Assembly (NCBI GenBank): GCA_051382335.1
Contig: JBBCAX010000033.1
Span: 32,001 to 96,000 of the forward strand
DNA length: 64,000 bases
Direction: 5' to 3'
From: Deltaproteobacteria bacterium TL4
GTDB lineage: Bacteria; SAR324; NAC60-12
Shown: positions 62,499 to 64,000 of the stretch, piece by piece
How positions within the stretch are numbered: the stretch's first letter is position 1
Layout: the number at the start of each line of letters is the position of its first letter
The notes under the pieces: model-generated
What the model was told of the DNA's origin: nothing
The model's input: the letters and a program-made list of their open reading frames with translations, nothing else
Databases searched by the model: none
Made by a program: the position numbers and the translations under genes

Positions 62499-62556
62499 AA
62501 AAGATTTGATGAAAGCCTGACCGAAACAGGTTTCCAGGGAAACGAGAAGCCATTTT

Positions 62557-64000
62557 TTAGAACTTGAAGCGATGGACTAAATTGGTCAGACTCGTAGAAA
62601 GTTCGCCCATCACATGAGAAACCTTTTCCTGTTCTGTGATGACCTTGTCCATATCCTGAAGTAAGATTGAGTTTTCGTTACTAATATTGGTTAGGCGATC
62701 CATAGAGTCCACAATATTGCGAATACTATCTCTTTGTTCTTGCGTTGAAGAAGAGATGCCGTGAATAATCCCTGCGACTTTTTGTGTTTTTTGAATAATT
62801 TTCTGCAGGGTTCCATGGACATTCTGAGCCGCTTCCTGTCCTCGGTTGATACGGAGGTTGGATTCTTCAATAATTCTTGAAATCTCACTGGTTGATTCTC
62901 CAGAACGTTCCGCCAGTCGACGTACTTCATCAGCGACCACAGCAAATCCCTTTCCCTGTTCTCCGGCTTTGGCGGCTTCAATCGCGGCATTGAGTGAGAG
63001 CAAGTTGGTTTGGTTGGATATTTCTCCAATGGTGGTAATGATATTATTCATTTGATCCGCACTATCCGCAATCAGTTCCATGCCTCTCAACATGTCTTTG
63101 ACCGCAGTATTTGCTTGCTCGGCTTCATTGCTGGTTTCTGTCATAACGCCAGAGGCTTGCTGTGCATTGTTGGCAATAGCTCCAACGGAATCTCGTATTT
63201 CTGTAGTCACATCTGAGGTTTGTTGAATGGCGGCAACTTGCTCCCCCGCACCCTGGGTAATCCGATGTGCCGTTTTCGCAATTTCCTTCAGGGCTCTTTC
63301 CAAATTATGCCCAACCGCTGAAACTTGCGTTGCTTGTTTATCGACGGATTTGATGATGCCATGAAGTTGTTCTATAAAGCGATTAAAATACTCTGTGATC
63401 TTTCCCAGTTCTCCAGAGTCTCGAATATGAAGTCGAGAGCGTAAATCGCCTTCACCTTCAATGAGTTGGTGAAAAGCATTGCTAATAGAACGTAGCTTTT
63501 TAACCGCTTTCTGCATCAGGAAAACGCAAAGAACAATCAAGATCATGAGAGAAATCCCAATTACCGTAATTTGTGAGATGGCGAAATGGATCAATCCTTC
63601 AAATAACTCATACCGTTTGTCTACAACAATGAGCTGCAATCCAAATTCAGGCAACATACGGGAGCTATACACCCAATCCGCATACTCACCAAAGTTAACG
63701 TCATCCGCTTCAATCACATGCTTATAAATGGCGGGAGCCAAAAGTTTATCCGGAGCCTGGTTTTGAAAAACCGCCTTTGTGACGTTGAGCCCCGTAAACG
63801 CAATGACCTTATTTTTTCTTTTGTCCGTTTTCTCTCCATTCCTAAAAAACACCTCTTCTTTAAATAAACTCTCCCGTTCAATCAGCAGGGCGTACCCACT
63901 CTCCCCAAGTTGCATTTCTGAAATAATTTTGGTCAGTTCCCCAATACTGATGTCAACAGAAGCAACCCCTACAAATTTACCCTCACTCCTGATGGGAACA
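62557..64000 (-). CDS. Methyl-accepting chemotaxis protein (Cache-HAMP-MCP; 5' part outside the window)
   Basis: [37 protein letters not shown]; frame is open to the right edge. Confidence 0.93.
   Translation of the reverse strand, partial: VPIRSEGKFVGVASVDISIGELTKIISEMQLGESGYALLIERESLFKEEVFFRNGEKTDKRKNKVIAFTGLNVTKAVFQNQAPDKLLAPAIYKHVIEADDVNFGEYADWVYSSRMLPEFGLQLIVVDKRYELFEGLIHFAISQITVIGISLMILIVLCVFLMQKAVKKLRSISNAFHQLIEGEGDLRSRLHIRDSGELGKITEYFNRFIEQLHGIIKSVDKQATQVSAVGHNLERALKEIAKTAHRITQGAGEQVAAIQQTSDVTTEIRDSVGAIANNAQQASGVMTETSNEAEQANTAVKDMLRGMELIADSADQMNNIITTIGEISNQTNLLSLNAAIEAAKAGEQGKGFAVVADEVRRLAERSGESTSEISRIIEESNLRINRGQEAAQNVHGTLQKIIQKTQKVAGIIHGISSSTQEQRDSIRNIVDSMDRLTNISNENSILLQDMDKVITEQEKVSHVMGELSTSLTNLVHRFKF

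Overview
Bacterial chromosomal window. The gene content and style suggest a deltaproteobacteria-like or SAR324-type organism, but this is inference only. Layout: (1) 1-17.3 kb, a minus-strand polysaccharide operon with an SLBB export protein, wbpB/wbpD/wbpI-like 2,3-diacetamido-uronate genes, a methyltransferase, a wzm/wzt ABC exporter, two asnB-type amidotransferases, Bordetella WbmF- and WbmG/H-like SDRs and glycosyltransferases. (2) 17.6-22.5 kb, kdsB, a ComFB protein, DksA/TraR and a sigma-54 activator with an atypical receiver. (3) 22.6-34.5 kb, a divergent surface-protein locus with a collagen/Ig lipoprotein, a putative OM barrel split at a poly-G tract, an NHL-repeat lipoprotein and an O-antigen-ligase-like protein. 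(4) recQ and an AlkD-like gene, then a 37.3-39.2 kb patch of mobile-element scars ending in a tRNA 3'-end fragment (att-like). (5) Accessory genes: GSDH-cytochrome c, a RelBE pair, CopA with a possible internal CopZ start, FadL, and a PAS/cNMP kinase/LuxR module. (6) A ~1,925-aa Lhr helicase + FeS nuclease + Dna2/UPF1-type helicase fusion. (7) A four-gene cluster: large lipoprotein, unknown exported protein, Cys-rich Zn PLC/P1-fold hydrolase and a membrane-anchored parvulin-like foldase. (8) A partial MCP. The best candidates for undescribed systems are (6) and (7). All family calls come from motif recognition by eye; no searches were run.
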